Source: Paraspadella gotoi (Eukaryota > Animalia > Chaetognatha). From it: 64,000 nt of DNA. A program made the position numbers and the translations under genes. The notes under the pieces are model-generated. The model was not told the origin of the DNA and did not search any database. It saw only the letters and a list, made by a program, of their open reading frames with translations. Shown in pieces: positions 12,633-25,779 of the stretch (its first letter is position 1; every line of letters starts with the position of its first letter). The stretch covers positions 7,026,861 through 7,090,860 of the forward strand of contig CM119268.1 in the NCBI GenBank assembly GCA_051294375.1, given 5' to 3'.

Positions 12633-13879
12633 AAGAGGTTTCAGCAAAAATAATTCTAATATTGTCACTTGTATGTGTCTAATGTTATGGCTTCGATTTT
12701 GTCCTGATTGCCATCCCTGTATCTTTGTTCCGTTCAAGAGATATCAAAGGAAAATTCCAGTTTTTTCTCTCAACCTTCCCTTTTTAATTCTTATTTAATG
12801 AAAATTTCATGGTTGGTCAAAACCAAGACCAGATTGGACCTTTTACAATGTTGGTTTTACTATGAAAGTCTTGGTCAGATTAATTCGTTTAAAAGAAAAC
12901 AATCTTGGCAAGCTCCTTGAGACAATGAGGCCTTTTTTAAATCTCAATAAATGTCGAGAGTACATATTTATCAATGTTAACATTACCCTAGCCCCGTTTT
13001 ACAATTTTTGAAAAGCAAGAAAATTTCCCTTCATTTCTATCAGTAAAGACAAGGCGGTTTGAAATTCTTCCGGCAGGATGACTAGTGGCATTTCCCCTGC
13101 TTGTGTTGATATTAAATGCTTTATCATGAATGGCCATGAGACGAATTTGGCTAGCTCTTATACTATAACCTCTATCGGAATCGTGCTGTTTTTTACACTT
13201 GTTTTTTTACCCGAATTTGCTGGCAATCTCGTTTGCAATTGGCGGGTCTGAGTCAGATGTTTTAACGGAAATCCTCTCTTCATTTTTATGGATAAAAAAT
13301 GTTTGAATTTGTTTTTTTAAGGCGAGATCTCGTTTACGCTAGCGGATGATCTCTCTCTTTTTTACATAGACAATAGACACGAGTAATTGAGTCTGATTAT
13401 CATATTTCTACAGAAAAGGAAAAAAAAAAGGAAAAAGCCCAAAACAAAGAAACGAGGAAACAGAGAGGCTGATATGTTTTGTGCCAACGAAGGCCAAACA
13501 CCTGAGTCGGTGAGGGAACCACGTTTCTCCTCTCAATCCTAAAGGTGAACGGATTTGATAAAAAAAANNNNNNNNNNNNNNNNNNNNNNNNNNNNNNNNN
13601 NNNNNNNNNNNNNNNNNNNNNNNNNNNNNNNNNNNNNNNNNNNNNNNNNNNNNNNNNNNNNNNNNNNNNNNNNNNNNNNNNNNNNNNNNNNNNNNNNNNN
13701 NNNNNNNNNNNNNNNNNNNNNNNNNNNNNNNNNNNNNNNNNNNNNNNNNNNNNNNNNNNNNNNNNNNNNNNNNNNNNNNNNNNNNNTTTGCCGTCCTCCC
13801 TTTCTTTCTCTATTTATCTTGTAGCAATCATGACATTTCTGAGCAATAATGGTTTTCGGATGAGATGTCCATTACGGTC

Positions 13880-13980
13880 GGCGCCGCAATTGAACGCCGA
13901 CGAGCGCCGCATTTGAACGCCGACGGGCGCTGCAATTGAACGCCGACGAGCGCCGCATTTGAACGTCGATAGGCGCCGCA
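13880..13980. repeat. 23-bp minisatellite, about 4.5 copies
   Basis: GCGCCGCAWTTGAACGCCGACGR in tandem; related copies at about 14150-14200. Confidence 0.85.
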
Positions 13981-16426
13981 AAATAACTTTGATGCCGATA
14001 TTAAATTGCAATTAAATACTGAGGCCAAATTTACGATTATTGAAAAACGGATTGAACGACGATTAGCAATTTGATTGAATGCAGATGGGTGTAGGGAACT
14101 GAACATCGATAAAATTTGTAATANNNNNNNNNNACGCCGAAGTTTGCCGACATTGAAGGCCGACGGGCGCCGCAACCGAAACGCAGACGGGCGCCGACAA
14201 GGAAAGCCCACCGGCGCCGGAATCTCGGCGAGAAAAGGATTTAGCGAGCGGCAAAAGGGGATACGAAAGTTTCCCGGCGCCGGTCAGAGCTTGTGGAGGA
14301 TGAAAGTCCCGGGAGTTGGAATTTTGGGAAGGGGTGGAGATGGGGATGGAAAAAGAGAGGGTGGGGGGGGAAAGAGAGAGAGAGAGAGAGAGACGGGGAA
14401 GAAGGGAGGAAGAGAGGAAGTTAGGATGAAAGAGAGGAGAAAAGGGAGGAAGAGGGAGAAGAAAGGGAGAAAGAGAGGGAGTTATTATGAAAGAGGGAAG
14501 AAAAAGGAGGAAGTGAGAGAAGAAAGGGAGGAAGAGAGGAAGTTAGGATGAAAGATAGGAGAAAAGGGAGGAAGTGGGAGAAGAAAGGGAGGAAATTAGG
14601 ATGAAAGATAGGAGAAAACGGAGGAAGTGGGTAAGAAAGGGAGGAAAGGGAACAGATGAGGAAGTAAAGGAGGAGCTGCAATTATTTGAGGGGAGGATTT
14701 ATCTCTTGCGACCCAGGCGGGATCCGTGGAGGTGGTCAAAGTAGATGGAGGAAGAAAAAGAGAAAAAAAGAAAATTATAAAAAAAGGAAAAACTTGGAAA
14801 AATTAAGTTGTAAGAGATGGGAGGAAAGGAAAAAGATAAGGGAAAGAAAAAAAAATAATAAAATATGAAAAAATAGAGCGAGGAGGTTGAATGAAGCTGC
14901 GGTTAACCGCCTTTGCGAACGATCATACATGCGAAATACTAAAGAATAAAANNNNNNNNNNNNNNNNNNNNNNNNNNNNNNNNNNNNNNNNNNNNNNNNN
15001 NNNNNNNNNNNNNNNNNNNNNNNNNNNNNNNNNNNNNNNNNNNNNNNNNNNNNNNNNNNNNNNNNNNNNNNNTCTCTCTCTCTCTCTCTCTCTCTCTAAC
15101 GGTCCACCAGGGGCGCGGCGACTCGCGTCGGTTTCTCGTTATTTATAACCACCGATTTTCCCAAAGTATCTCCCTTTGCTAAGACCCTTTTTAGTTTTTC
15201 CGCCCTGATTGCTTTTTCGCATCTTCTTTTTTCATTCCACCGTTTTCAAATCTATTGCTTTGTTTCATTTTTATTCGATTTGTTACTTTGGATAATTCGA
15301 ACGCGGTCCTTGCTTTTATTGCTTCATGTTTTCTTTTTCCTTTCGATTCTCAGCTTATATCACGGGACGACGAGGCTGTCACTTNNNNNNNNNNNNNNNN
15401 NNNNNNNNNNNNNNNNNNNNNNNNNNNNNNNNNNNNNNNNNNNNNNNNNNNNNCCTCCGCCCTCCCCCTCTAGTCCCCCAATTCCCCACCCTTCCCCCCA
15501 ATCGTCTTTTTTCCCCCTTCGACTCACATCCGCGCGTCGCCGTTCGACGGGGAAAGCGGTTTTTCGCTTCTCGCGCGAGAGGAGAAGCGAATTATATTTT
15601 GAGGAGCGAATTATTTTTGGATCGAGAATCGAGGGAAGGGGAGAAAATCGATCAATCCATCCCCAAGAAATCCATCAAGAGGACGTTCATACACGTCCCC
15701 CTTTTTTTTCGTCCATTTACGTCCCCTTTTTTTTATCCATTTTTTTATCCATTTTTTTGTCCATTTTGTTTTATTTATTTATAATTTTACCCCTGTAATA
15801 GTTTTCAGTCACTTTTCTACATTATTATAATTACCGTCATAATTTTCGATGTGGGATGGATCAATGGATAAACGGTGGGTAATAAGAAAAGTAAAAAAAA
15901 CACAAAAAATGCGGTCCCTAATGAAAAATCGAATCAAAACAAGACGGGTCGATAGAATAATTAAGAAGTCATTCGGAGAAAATGACATACGATAGAAAAA
16001 AGTGAATATAAATAATATAAAACGGTAATGACAAAACCCATTACTCAATCACTCTTTCCCCCTTTTTACACTGGACCTCCCAAACCCCCCCCACCCGCTA
16101 GAAAACTCAAAATTAATTTCTTTCTTTCTTTTTTTCTTCTCAAACGACTTTTTGGAAAAAGAAAGAAAAAAGGCGAAGCCTCAAATTAGGCGAAGAGGAA
16201 ATATGAGAAAAGTGAAGTAATGAAAACGACTCCGGGGAAATGAGTTATGAAACCCCCGTTAGCCATTTCATGGTTAATCACGGGCAGGGGAAGGGAGTCC
16301 CGGGAATATCAACAAGCTCTCGGTCTTACATATAGAGCAGAGAAGAGGAGAGAGAGAGAGAGAGCGAGGATGAGAGAGAGAGCGAGATGAGACAGAGAGA
16401 GAGAGAGAGAGAGAGAGATTAGAGGA

Positions 16427-16610
16427 TTTGGACGTCGTGGAAACGCGGCGGTCGCTATGGCAGAGACGAGAGAGAGTGAAAAAGAAGAGAGAGAGAGATG
16501 AGAGAGAGAGAGGAGAGAGAGAGGAGAGAGAGAGAGAGAGGGAGAGAATTTTGACGTCGTGGAAACGCGGCGGTCGGCCTTGGCAGAGAGAGAGAGTGAA
16601 AAGAGAGAAT
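16427..16610. repeat. Local duplication with about 120-bp period within (AG)n
   Basis: GACGTCGTGGAAACGCGGCGGTCG..TGGCAGAG occurs at about 16431 and about 16553. Confidence 0.75.
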
Positions 16611-16616
16611 GAGAGA

Positions 16617-16657
<41 letters not shown>

Positions 16658-19600
16658 ACCGAGAGAGAGAGGAGAGAGGAATGCCATTAGAAATAGAGGC
16701 ATTTCGCGAACATTGACACGATTTCAAAATAAGAATGGTTTTCCGTCTGGAAAGAGGGAGCGCGACGATTTCCCGTACGACCAACGTCGAATGTCCAAGC
16801 AAAAAGCGAAACTGTTCCCATAGCCAACGCTGTCCAACCGTCGTCCTGGAAAACGGCCTCGACTGCATAGCGACGTTGGACGCGAAAAGTTCGTCTCCGA
16901 TCCGCGTTTAATCCGGATCCGATTCATATCGGGGAAAAACGTTCGATTCTTTGCTTGGGAAAAAAAAGATGCGGCGTGGGGGAGATGGAGGTTGAGTAAA
17001 GGCAAAGAGAAGTGAGGAAAAGGAAATGAAAGAGAGGTGGATGAGGAAAGGAAGGATAACTGAGGAGAAAATGAGAGGGAGGTTGGGTCGAAAAAACTTT
17101 AGGAAGGAGGGAAAGAGACGAAAGGAGGAAAGGAAAGGGAGGTGGAGAAAGGAACAAAAGAAGAGGTAGACGGAGGAAAGGAATGAGAGATGGAGGGGAA
17201 GGAAAAGCAGGGCACGGTAGGTGAGAAAAAGAGCGTGGAGGGAGAAGGAAAGGTGACGTGGGTGAAGGAGAAAGAAAAGAAGTGGAGAAAAGGAAGGAAA
17301 GATGAGGGAGGAAGGAAGGAAGGAGGAGTGTAGGGGAGGAAAGGATTGGCAGGTAGGTCTGAGAGAAGACGGAAATGGAGGAGGTAAGGAAAGAGAAGTG
17401 GAAGGGAAAAGAAAGAGAAGAGTGGAGAGGAGGAAAGGATGGCACTGCCATTGGGTCGGTAGGTTTAGAGAAGAGGACGGGAGTGAAAGAAGAGGCAGAT
17501 GGAGTTGGGATAGGAAAAGAAAGAGAGCTCCAGGGAAGGTAGGAGAGAGGCAAAGAAAGAGAAATAGAAAGGGAGATGAGAAGAGTAAAGTCAAAAGAAG
17601 CGATGGAGGAAATGATGAAGAAAATAGGGAAGAAGGAGGAAGAGAAAGAAAAATAAAAAAAAGAGAAAAAGGAAAAAACTGAAAAGGAAGGAGATTCGTC
17701 TAACTTCCTTAAGGAGAGAAAGATGAAGGCTCGACAGAGAGATTCCTCCGGGGGCAAGAAAAAGGTGGAGAGGAGTTAGAGAGGGAGAGATTAGGCTATG
17801 AGCCTGCTGGGGACGAGAGAGAGAGGGAGAGAGAGAGAGAGGGAGATCCATTCACGATTCCGACGTCGGAGAGAGATTGGGTGAGAGTCTCCGGTCACGT
17901 TTTTCAGATTCGCGGCTTCTCTCTGATTAAGACTCTGCTTTGAAAGTCAGAAACGCCGCTGCTCCACCCCGTCTCGCCACGCCATCTTGGCAACTCCACC
18001 GCGTCGATCCAGCCCTTAACTCAATCCTTCCTCGTTTTCATCCTTTTAAATCTTCCACTTCTGCTTATAACTCTCACTCGATTCGCGTCGGTGATTAAAT
18101 AAGGATTGAATAAACTCCACCGATCAACTCCACCGCTGTTCTCTCGTCGCTACAGCGCATCGCTCCGTTCCTTCGCCCCAATCCCCCCGGCTCCACGGAT
18201 TAATATACTGGCCTTTGATATATTCAGACCCGCCCCGGTCAGTCCAAGCCGTCGTAGTCCGCCGCCCCAGCGAGACTCTCTTCTTAATTTTCTTCGATTA
18301 ACTTTTCTCTCTTTCCTTTGACGACATCAGAATTTCGGGTCTTTTATTCTGAGCTGCCAACTGCCAATCCCTTTCGATGAGTTATTCAATTTCACTATTT
18401 AATCATTTTTTTGGTAACTGATTGATTCCGGAATAATAACATGTAATGAAATCATTGCCACGTGACCATTTGCAATTTAAAACAAGTTTGTAAAAAAATT
18501 TTCAACTTCAGCCCTTAAATGTTTTTTATCCTGATCTCATTCACTTTTTAATTTCTAATAATAAGAATTAAAAGCCCAACTTCGTTCTCTGCCAGACTGG
18601 CAACCATCTTGTTCTAAAAGATATATTTTAGTTACATATTGATTCCGATAGCTTTATTCCGCATTGCTTGTTTTTCTCAAGTAATTCGAATCGACTATCT
18701 GACAACCTTACTCTCCCTCACCTTCTCTGTTAGCTCCTCCACCCTTTCCCTTTCTCGTCCCCGCATAACTTACCCAAAACACCCACCCACGCAGCGAACC
18801 GAAGAACCGGAACCAACTCGATTGCCGATTCCAGATTCACGATTCGCGTCTCCCACGCGAGAGAGAGNNNNNNNNNNNNNNNNNNNNNNNNNNNNNNNNN
18901 NNNNNNNNNNNNNNNNNNNNNNNNNNNNNNNNNNNNNNNNNNNNNNNNNNNNNNNNNNNNNNNNNNNNNNNNNNNNNNNNNNNNNNNNNNNNNNNNNNNN
19001 NNNNNNNNNNNNNNNNNNNNNNNNNNNNNNNNNNNNNNNNNNNNNNNNNNNNNNNNNNNNNNNNNNNNNNNNNNNNNNNNNNNNNNNNNNNNNNNNNNNN
19101 NNNNNNNNNNNNNNNNNNNNNNNNNNNNNNNNNNNNNNNNNNNNNNNNNNNNNNNNNNNNNNNNNNNNNNNNNNNNNNNNNNNNNNNNNNNNNNNNNNNN
19201 NNNNNNNNNNNNNNNNNNNNNNNNNNNNNNNNNNNNNNNNNNNNNNNNNNNNNNNNNNNNNNNNNNNNNNNNNNNNNNNNNNNNNNNNNNNNNNNNNNNN
19301 NNNNNNNNNNNNNNNNNNNNNNNNNNNNNNNNNNNNNNNNNNNNNNNNNNNNNNNNNNNNNNNNNNNNNNNNNNNNNNNNNNNNNNNNNNNNNNNNNNNN
19401 NNNNNNNNNNNNNNNNNNNNNNNNNNNNNNNNNNNNNNNNNNNNNNNNNNNNNNNNNNNNNNNNNNNNNNNNNNNNNNNNNNNNNNNNNNNNNNNNNNNN
19501 NNNNNNNNNNNNNNNNNNNNNNNNNNNNNNNNNNNNNNNNNNNNNNNNNNNNNNNNNNNNNNNNNNNNNNNNNNNNNNNNNNNNNNNNNNNNNNNNNNNN

Positions 19601-20188
19601 NNNNNNNNNNNNNNNNNNNNNNNNNNNNNNNNNNNNGAGAGAGAGAGAGAAGTTGTAAAAGAAAGAAAAATTGAAGGAAAAGAGGAAAGTAAAAAGATGA
19701 ATGGGAAAAACCAAAGAGATTAGACTGGAAGGAAGGGAGAGGCTTCTGGGGCGAATAGATAAAGGGAGGAAAGAAGATAGAAAGTATAAAAAAAGGAAAG
19801 AGAACAAAAGATTAGAAAATAAAAGAGAGAAAATGAGAAAGGAAGGAGAGAGGAAGATAGACAAAGAAAATAGAGAGGCAAAGGCGAGGAGAAAAGTAAA
19901 AAAAAAGAAAGGCCAATGCGTAGAGAAGAGAGTAAAAAAAAAAAAACCGTAAGGGAAACCGAAGGTTTTTTTTCGAAATGCGATTGCGCTTTGGGGCCGG
20001 CCTCGAACTCTGCGGCGGCGGCTGGCGGAAGCGGCGCCGGCGGTAAAGGTCGATGTTGAGCGCCGTGGGTGGGCGATAGACGCGGAACTAGGAAGGTAAA
20101 GATGAGAAGAGTGGAGAGAGAGAGAGGAAGAGAGAGAGAGAGAGAGAGAGAGAATAGAAGAGAGAAGAGAGAAAGAGTGGTAGAGAGG

Positions 20189-20219
<31 letters not shown>

Positions 20220-20477
20220 GAGAGAGGAGAGATCTTCAGAATGTGATCAATCTCAGACCTTTGCACCGAGGGGTTGGAGAAGACTGGCGGTCAGTGGGAA
20301 ATCAAGATGACCCTCCCAATCTCTCCATCTCCCTTACCCACCCACCTACCCACTCACCCATCCACCCTCCACCTATTAGGGAGTGACGTTTTCTGCGGCT
20401 TCGAGCGCGGACAGAGATTGAAGCGGGTCAAAAGGTTCGAAATGCCCGGGATCGAAGGTCGACACTCTTGGCCCACT

Positions 20478-20524
<47 letters not shown>

Positions 20525-20738
20525 CTCGCCTCAAAAAAGTTGTCAGGGTTCAGAACGCCAAAAGTTCAAAGGTTTCCGTTCCCGCCATCGATACGTGTTC
20601 CAGTTCCAAGTCAGTTTGTCGAACTCGAAAACGAGTGCAAACTTAAAGGGAATTCGGAATAAAAAATATCTTTCAGACAGCTAAAGCGAACCAAACTTGT
20701 AAAAAGTCTGTCGCCCAATCTGTCTTTTCCGTTGTCAG

Positions 20739-21141
20739 CGACGGCTTCTACTTGTTACCCAGACCCAGACCCGGGTCAAAAGACGGCCACCTTCTCGACT
20801 AAACATTTCGAAAAGCCAACGATCCATGGCCACTTAAGGAATTCCATTTTACGACCAGATTTCCGATACATCGGGGGGGGGGGAAAGTCGCCGAGAAAAA
20901 AAAATCGGGTCGACGAGCCCCGCAGGAGCGACGCGGTGGCTCCTCCCGACCCCCACTATACCCGGGGTTTGGTGGAGCGGCAAACGAATCTCGACGTCTT
21001 TGCTTTGGTGAAGCGAAAGGAAAGACAAGCTCGCTCTTTTAATGCAGCCACGCCTCATTGGAGCGACTTGGCTCGACGGATACGGAGCAGTGAGAAAATA
21101 TCTCACTCGAGTCAAGTGAATCGTGAAGTGATTTCTCGCAG
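20739..21141 (+). CDS. Candidate internal exon of an unidentified gene (about 134 open codons)
   Basis: A polypyrimidine acceptor (tcttttccgttgtcAG) and a strong donor (CAG|GTGAGA) bracket a GC-rich stop-free frame. No domain was recognised. Confidence 0.35.
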
Positions 21142-24100
21142 GTGAGACGAATTATCGAATGAAATCAAGCGAAAATAAGGTCGGTGGCGTAAAATTGACG
21201 CTTTGGAGGAATATTTACTTGGCTCCAAGACGGCGTATGGAGGCGAAGTCGTAAATCGGCATTTATTTAAACTGACTTAACGAAAGCTTTGTCATTGAGT
21301 CATGGCAATGGCGGTACATCGCCGTATCACAGCGTTATTGCAATGTCGCTAAATCATCAAGTCAAGACGACAGCGTTATCACGAGGACATCATGTCAAGA
21401 CAGTGGCGTTATTGTCATTACATTACATTGACTCAAAAAAGTGTTCTTGAGTTTGAAATTGAAATTGGTACAACCAATATAAAAATTATCCATTCATTTA
21501 ATAAATAAGCTATCTTGCCCCTGACTTTGGACAGGCTTTGGTTGTTTAAGGCCTCCATTACTCTTACAAGATAATTACAAGATAATGACTGTCATTAGGT
21601 CCAGTCAGTGGCGTTATCGCAATGTCACGTCAGGGCAGCTGCGTTATCGCAATATCAGAGGGGAGACGTCAAACGACATATGATCATATCATATCAATTG
21701 ATCATATCATTGAGGTCATCGCTCAGCCATTAGATAAAAATAGAATCAATCGACTTCATTGCAATGATACTATTGTTAGCATAAAACAATCGCGCCGATC
21801 ACTAGTCAATTATTATAAAGTGTATATTGCTTTTTATTAAAAAAAAAAAACCCGATCTTTTCCGCGTTCGATTTATAATGAAAAAAAACAAAAAACATCC
21901 AGACGCCTTTTTCAACGGAACTCCGGACTCGTTTCTATTCCGAGACGGATTTTTATTTTTTCATTCATTTTTATTGATTTTTATTTTTACGACGAGCGAA
22001 GAAAAGAAAAAAAGATCTCTAACGTTTATTTTTTCCATTTTTTTTTGGTTGCGAATATAAAAAAAAAGAAGGAATTTTAAGTGTTGAAATTGTTTTTTTC
22101 TTTTATTGAGATCATGAATTTTCTTTATGAATTGTATGAGAAAGACAAAGAGAGAATGAGAGAGAGAGGAGANNNNNNNNNNNNNNNNNNNNNNNNNCGT
22201 GAGACGAGAGAGAGAGAGATAGAGAGAGATTCTTCAGCTCTGATCGCCCTCGAGAGAGAGAGAGAAAGAGAGATAGAGAGACAACGAGCAAAGATGAGAG
22301 AGCTTTCAGAGAGAGGAGATGCCAGCGGAACGAATGGTAGAAAGAGGATAAGAAGAGAGAGAAAGAGCAAGACGCGAGGACGCGGTTTAAAACCGTAAAG
22401 GAAAGTGAAAGCGCTGCAATATGACAACTACTTTACAATTCTACAGCAAAAATTAATTTTAGATCAAAGGTATTTATGACCATTTTCCTAAACCTTCTAT
22501 CAATTTCATTTAACATTTGTTAGCTCCAATTTTGTCTGTTTGGATTAACAAGGATGTTGAAGGAATATGGAACTACTTGTCAGTTTATTATGACAAATAA
22601 TTGCGATGAGGAATGAGTTTTAACGATTAAGTTTTATACATGCCAATAAAATTAATTGAGTTTTGATTTTCAAATAAAAATATTAATAACCTGAGATTAA
22701 AAATACCTAATCTTGAAAAAAATATACGGTTTTAAAAAAAACATCCAATAATTTTAATAGCATTAATTTCTAACAATAAATATAATAAATAAATCCTTCA
22801 ATTGTTTTGCCTCGACGTCCGACGGCCTGAATTGGTATCGCGTCTTAATTCTGCCCCATTTCTCGAGGGAAAGAACGCGATGACGATATGTAAAAAAACG
22901 GTGACTCGGAAAATCCTGCATTATTTTATGTAAAGCATTGTTTCACCACGTCAGGGCATAGTTGCCCTGACGTCGAACGTTTAAAGACTCGGCTTGTTTT
23001 TATTCTTAACCATATTTTTACATATCCCTTATGTTTACAAACAAATTGACCAGCGTTTTTACTCATCACCCATATAATTATAATAAAACAACATGGAAAC
23101 TGATTGCTCACCCAAATTTTTAAAGTCAGCTAAGAAAGGCGGAATGGACAACCCTGCATAACATGAAACCAATATTGTACTGTTCATAACCTTCAATATG
23201 GGATATACTTAACTTGTCTGCGGCCGAGTTTGTCTTTTCTTCTCTCACCAAACTTTTATTTTTGACCGTACAAAACTGTTGCCTCACGCGTAGGATGCGG
23301 CCAAACCTGATCTCTTGGGTTATTTTGTCGATCGTTTGCGTCCCTATGTCGTAAATTTGGCGGGAGACTTAAATAGATTATGTCAAGTTTCGGTTTTTTG
23401 ACCAATTCCTTAAGTGAACATTTGTCCGTGCCGGTCAACTACGGTTGATTGACAGGGAGTGTTAAGGTGGATATTTGATGGAAATAAGGAAGTTCGAACC
23501 TTGCAGGCTACAATTACTAATTCATAGAAAGCTAAGCGTCAGACTTTTCAGCGGGGGGACGGAAGCGAACGCAGAAGTGAACGCTTTGATATCGCGAGCA
23601 TGAAATAAGTTATTTCACAGCCTCTTTGATGCCCCATTCCCAACAATATAGTTTACAGTTAATCCACTCTGGGGGTCTGGAGTTGGTTATGTCATAAACC
23701 CTGGTCCCGGCCACCCAATATTGTGCATAAAAAGAAAAGCATATCAAAACTGTCTTCGCCAGCTTCCTTCATTTCCCCATCCCGGCATCTGTGTTGGCCC
23801 AAACCATTGGGGCTTTGTGCTCTACTCTTTGCTACAAGCCTGTCCCTACACATTCAAGGACTTGATAAAAGTTGGCTACATCAATCCATCCAACCCACTC
23901 TCTTGATGGCAGAATTTGTATTATTAAATTTATTTTATTTAATTAATTATTTTTTTATAATCATATCTTTTGCTAAGATAGCTCTGATCAGAATTCAAGG
24001 AGGCGAACCGGAAGTTGCCTTGGACTCTCGTGGATCGACGGGTAATCGCTGGTCGGAGGGAGGTGTTCTCGCTTTAGTCTCAGCCGGGTTTTGGCTTTTT

Positions 24101-24463
24101 GCGGTAGGGATGGGAGGTACAATTGCTCAAGGGGAGAGAGAAGGCACCTACTTTAAAAATGCAGAATATTAATTTTTGTTTTAGTTTTTTTGTTGTTTTT
24201 AGGAAAACTAAACTATAATTTCGCTTACAAAGGAAAATCGCGGAACATTGTACTAAAAAAAATGTTATAAAAGTGGGAAGAAAAAAATTTAGGCCAAATT
24301 TCCGCAAAAGTTTAGCGGGAAAAACATGATGGAAAAGAAAAGAAATATGTAACTTGGAGTGAATCATACTGTGCAGATTAACAAATAAAACACACTACGA
24401 ATTAAAAAACGCAATGAAATTATTAACACATCCGTTTTAAGGAAAATTAATAATTGTTTTTAA

Positions 24464-25779
24464 GGCCTGGGATCATTTCAAACAAAGAATGCATAAAGTT
24501 TGTACAATCTATTATTATGTCAAAGAAAGTGTATTCCCTTTCACGTTTCAAAAAAAAAAACTATAAATTTTGATTAAGGTCAGCTTTCAAGAGGCAACAA
24601 AAATCGGTGCAATTTTTTATCAGTAAACCGTAAAAATTTCATCCAAGCACGTAAAGTCATTGTAACGCAAATTTGTATTTTTTTTTTAATTAACAGCACC
24701 TACCTTCAGGTATAGTATAATACTAACAACTAAAACCAAGTCATATCCAATTTGTTACTAGAAAATCAATAATGATGAAAAAACATAAACTTTAGTAGAG
24801 AATGAGAGCGAACGCTTTATAAAGATGTCTATTATCATTTTATCCCAAAAAAGAATGAATTAAAAAATTTGTAAAAATTTAAAGACAGTTTCATGCCACT
24901 GGAGCATAGCTTGAAGTAAGGGTCCACTTATAACAACCCTCAATGGTGCCATAGACTGCCACAGATTCCACAGCCCACCGGACCAGCCTCTGCTCTGCTT
25001 ATTGACGATTTAGTTTACTGTTCCGCCGGTTCAAAACGGTGATCAAATCAAGACTGGAGAAAAAAATAAATAAACACATTTGCAGCATTCCTCCTTGTTT
25101 ACTGACTCTTTCCCCAGCCATACAGCCATTGTTTAATTCAAAAAAAAATTTGGACAAATTTTGGATAAAGAACTTAAAGATCGGTTAAAGCAATCATTTA
25201 ACTAGAAATCGAAAATAGATTTCGGCGAAAAAGCGTATTCAAATTTTAAAGTTCTTTGCTCGACTTTCAGTTCTGTAAAACTACAGGAAGAAAAAATCTA
25301 AAAAAATAAAAAATAAAAAACAAAAAGTGGAGCTAGATAACACCGATTTGAAATAAAATAAACTTAAAGATTATTTTTATAAGTATGGAACAAGGTGGAG
25401 AAGAAATTCTATGAGGAGCGATTTTTGAAAAATATTACTAGTTTTCAAATATTTTAGAATTTAATGCCCAAAATTTCTTATTCTTTTTTTCTTATGAAGA
25501 TAAGTAATTTGAAAAAATCCCTCTCAATAGAATTGGGACCCTTGTCCTGCAAATAAATTTATGTAAAATTTAATAAAAATCCACCTTCGCCTTTGGCCCG
25601 AACTCTTCGAAAGGTTTCTTTTATTTTCTATATAGTATTATAAAAATTCGAAAAAAAACAGCAATGGATTCGAGCAAGAGTATAAGGGAATACATGTCAG
25701 AATATTCTGGACCTCTACTTTCCGAAGATAAGCTTTTTTTAATCCTAATTATAACTTTATGGCCAAGTGATCCCAGGCC
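24464..25779. mobile_element. Non-autonomous TIR DNA transposon, Kolobok-like, about 1.3 kb
   Basis: Left end TTAA|GGCCTGGGATCATTT and right end AAGTGATCCCAGGCC|TAAT form a 15-bp TIR with one mismatch and GG...CC termini. The TTAA target is intact on the left and degenerate on the right. The interior is AT-rich with no ORF in the track. Confidence 0.55.

Noticed and set aside
16274-20386. Long ORFs (228-498 aa) in the ORF track
   Set aside because: They are translations of purine-rich low-complexity sequence, (AG)n tracts and N-gaps.
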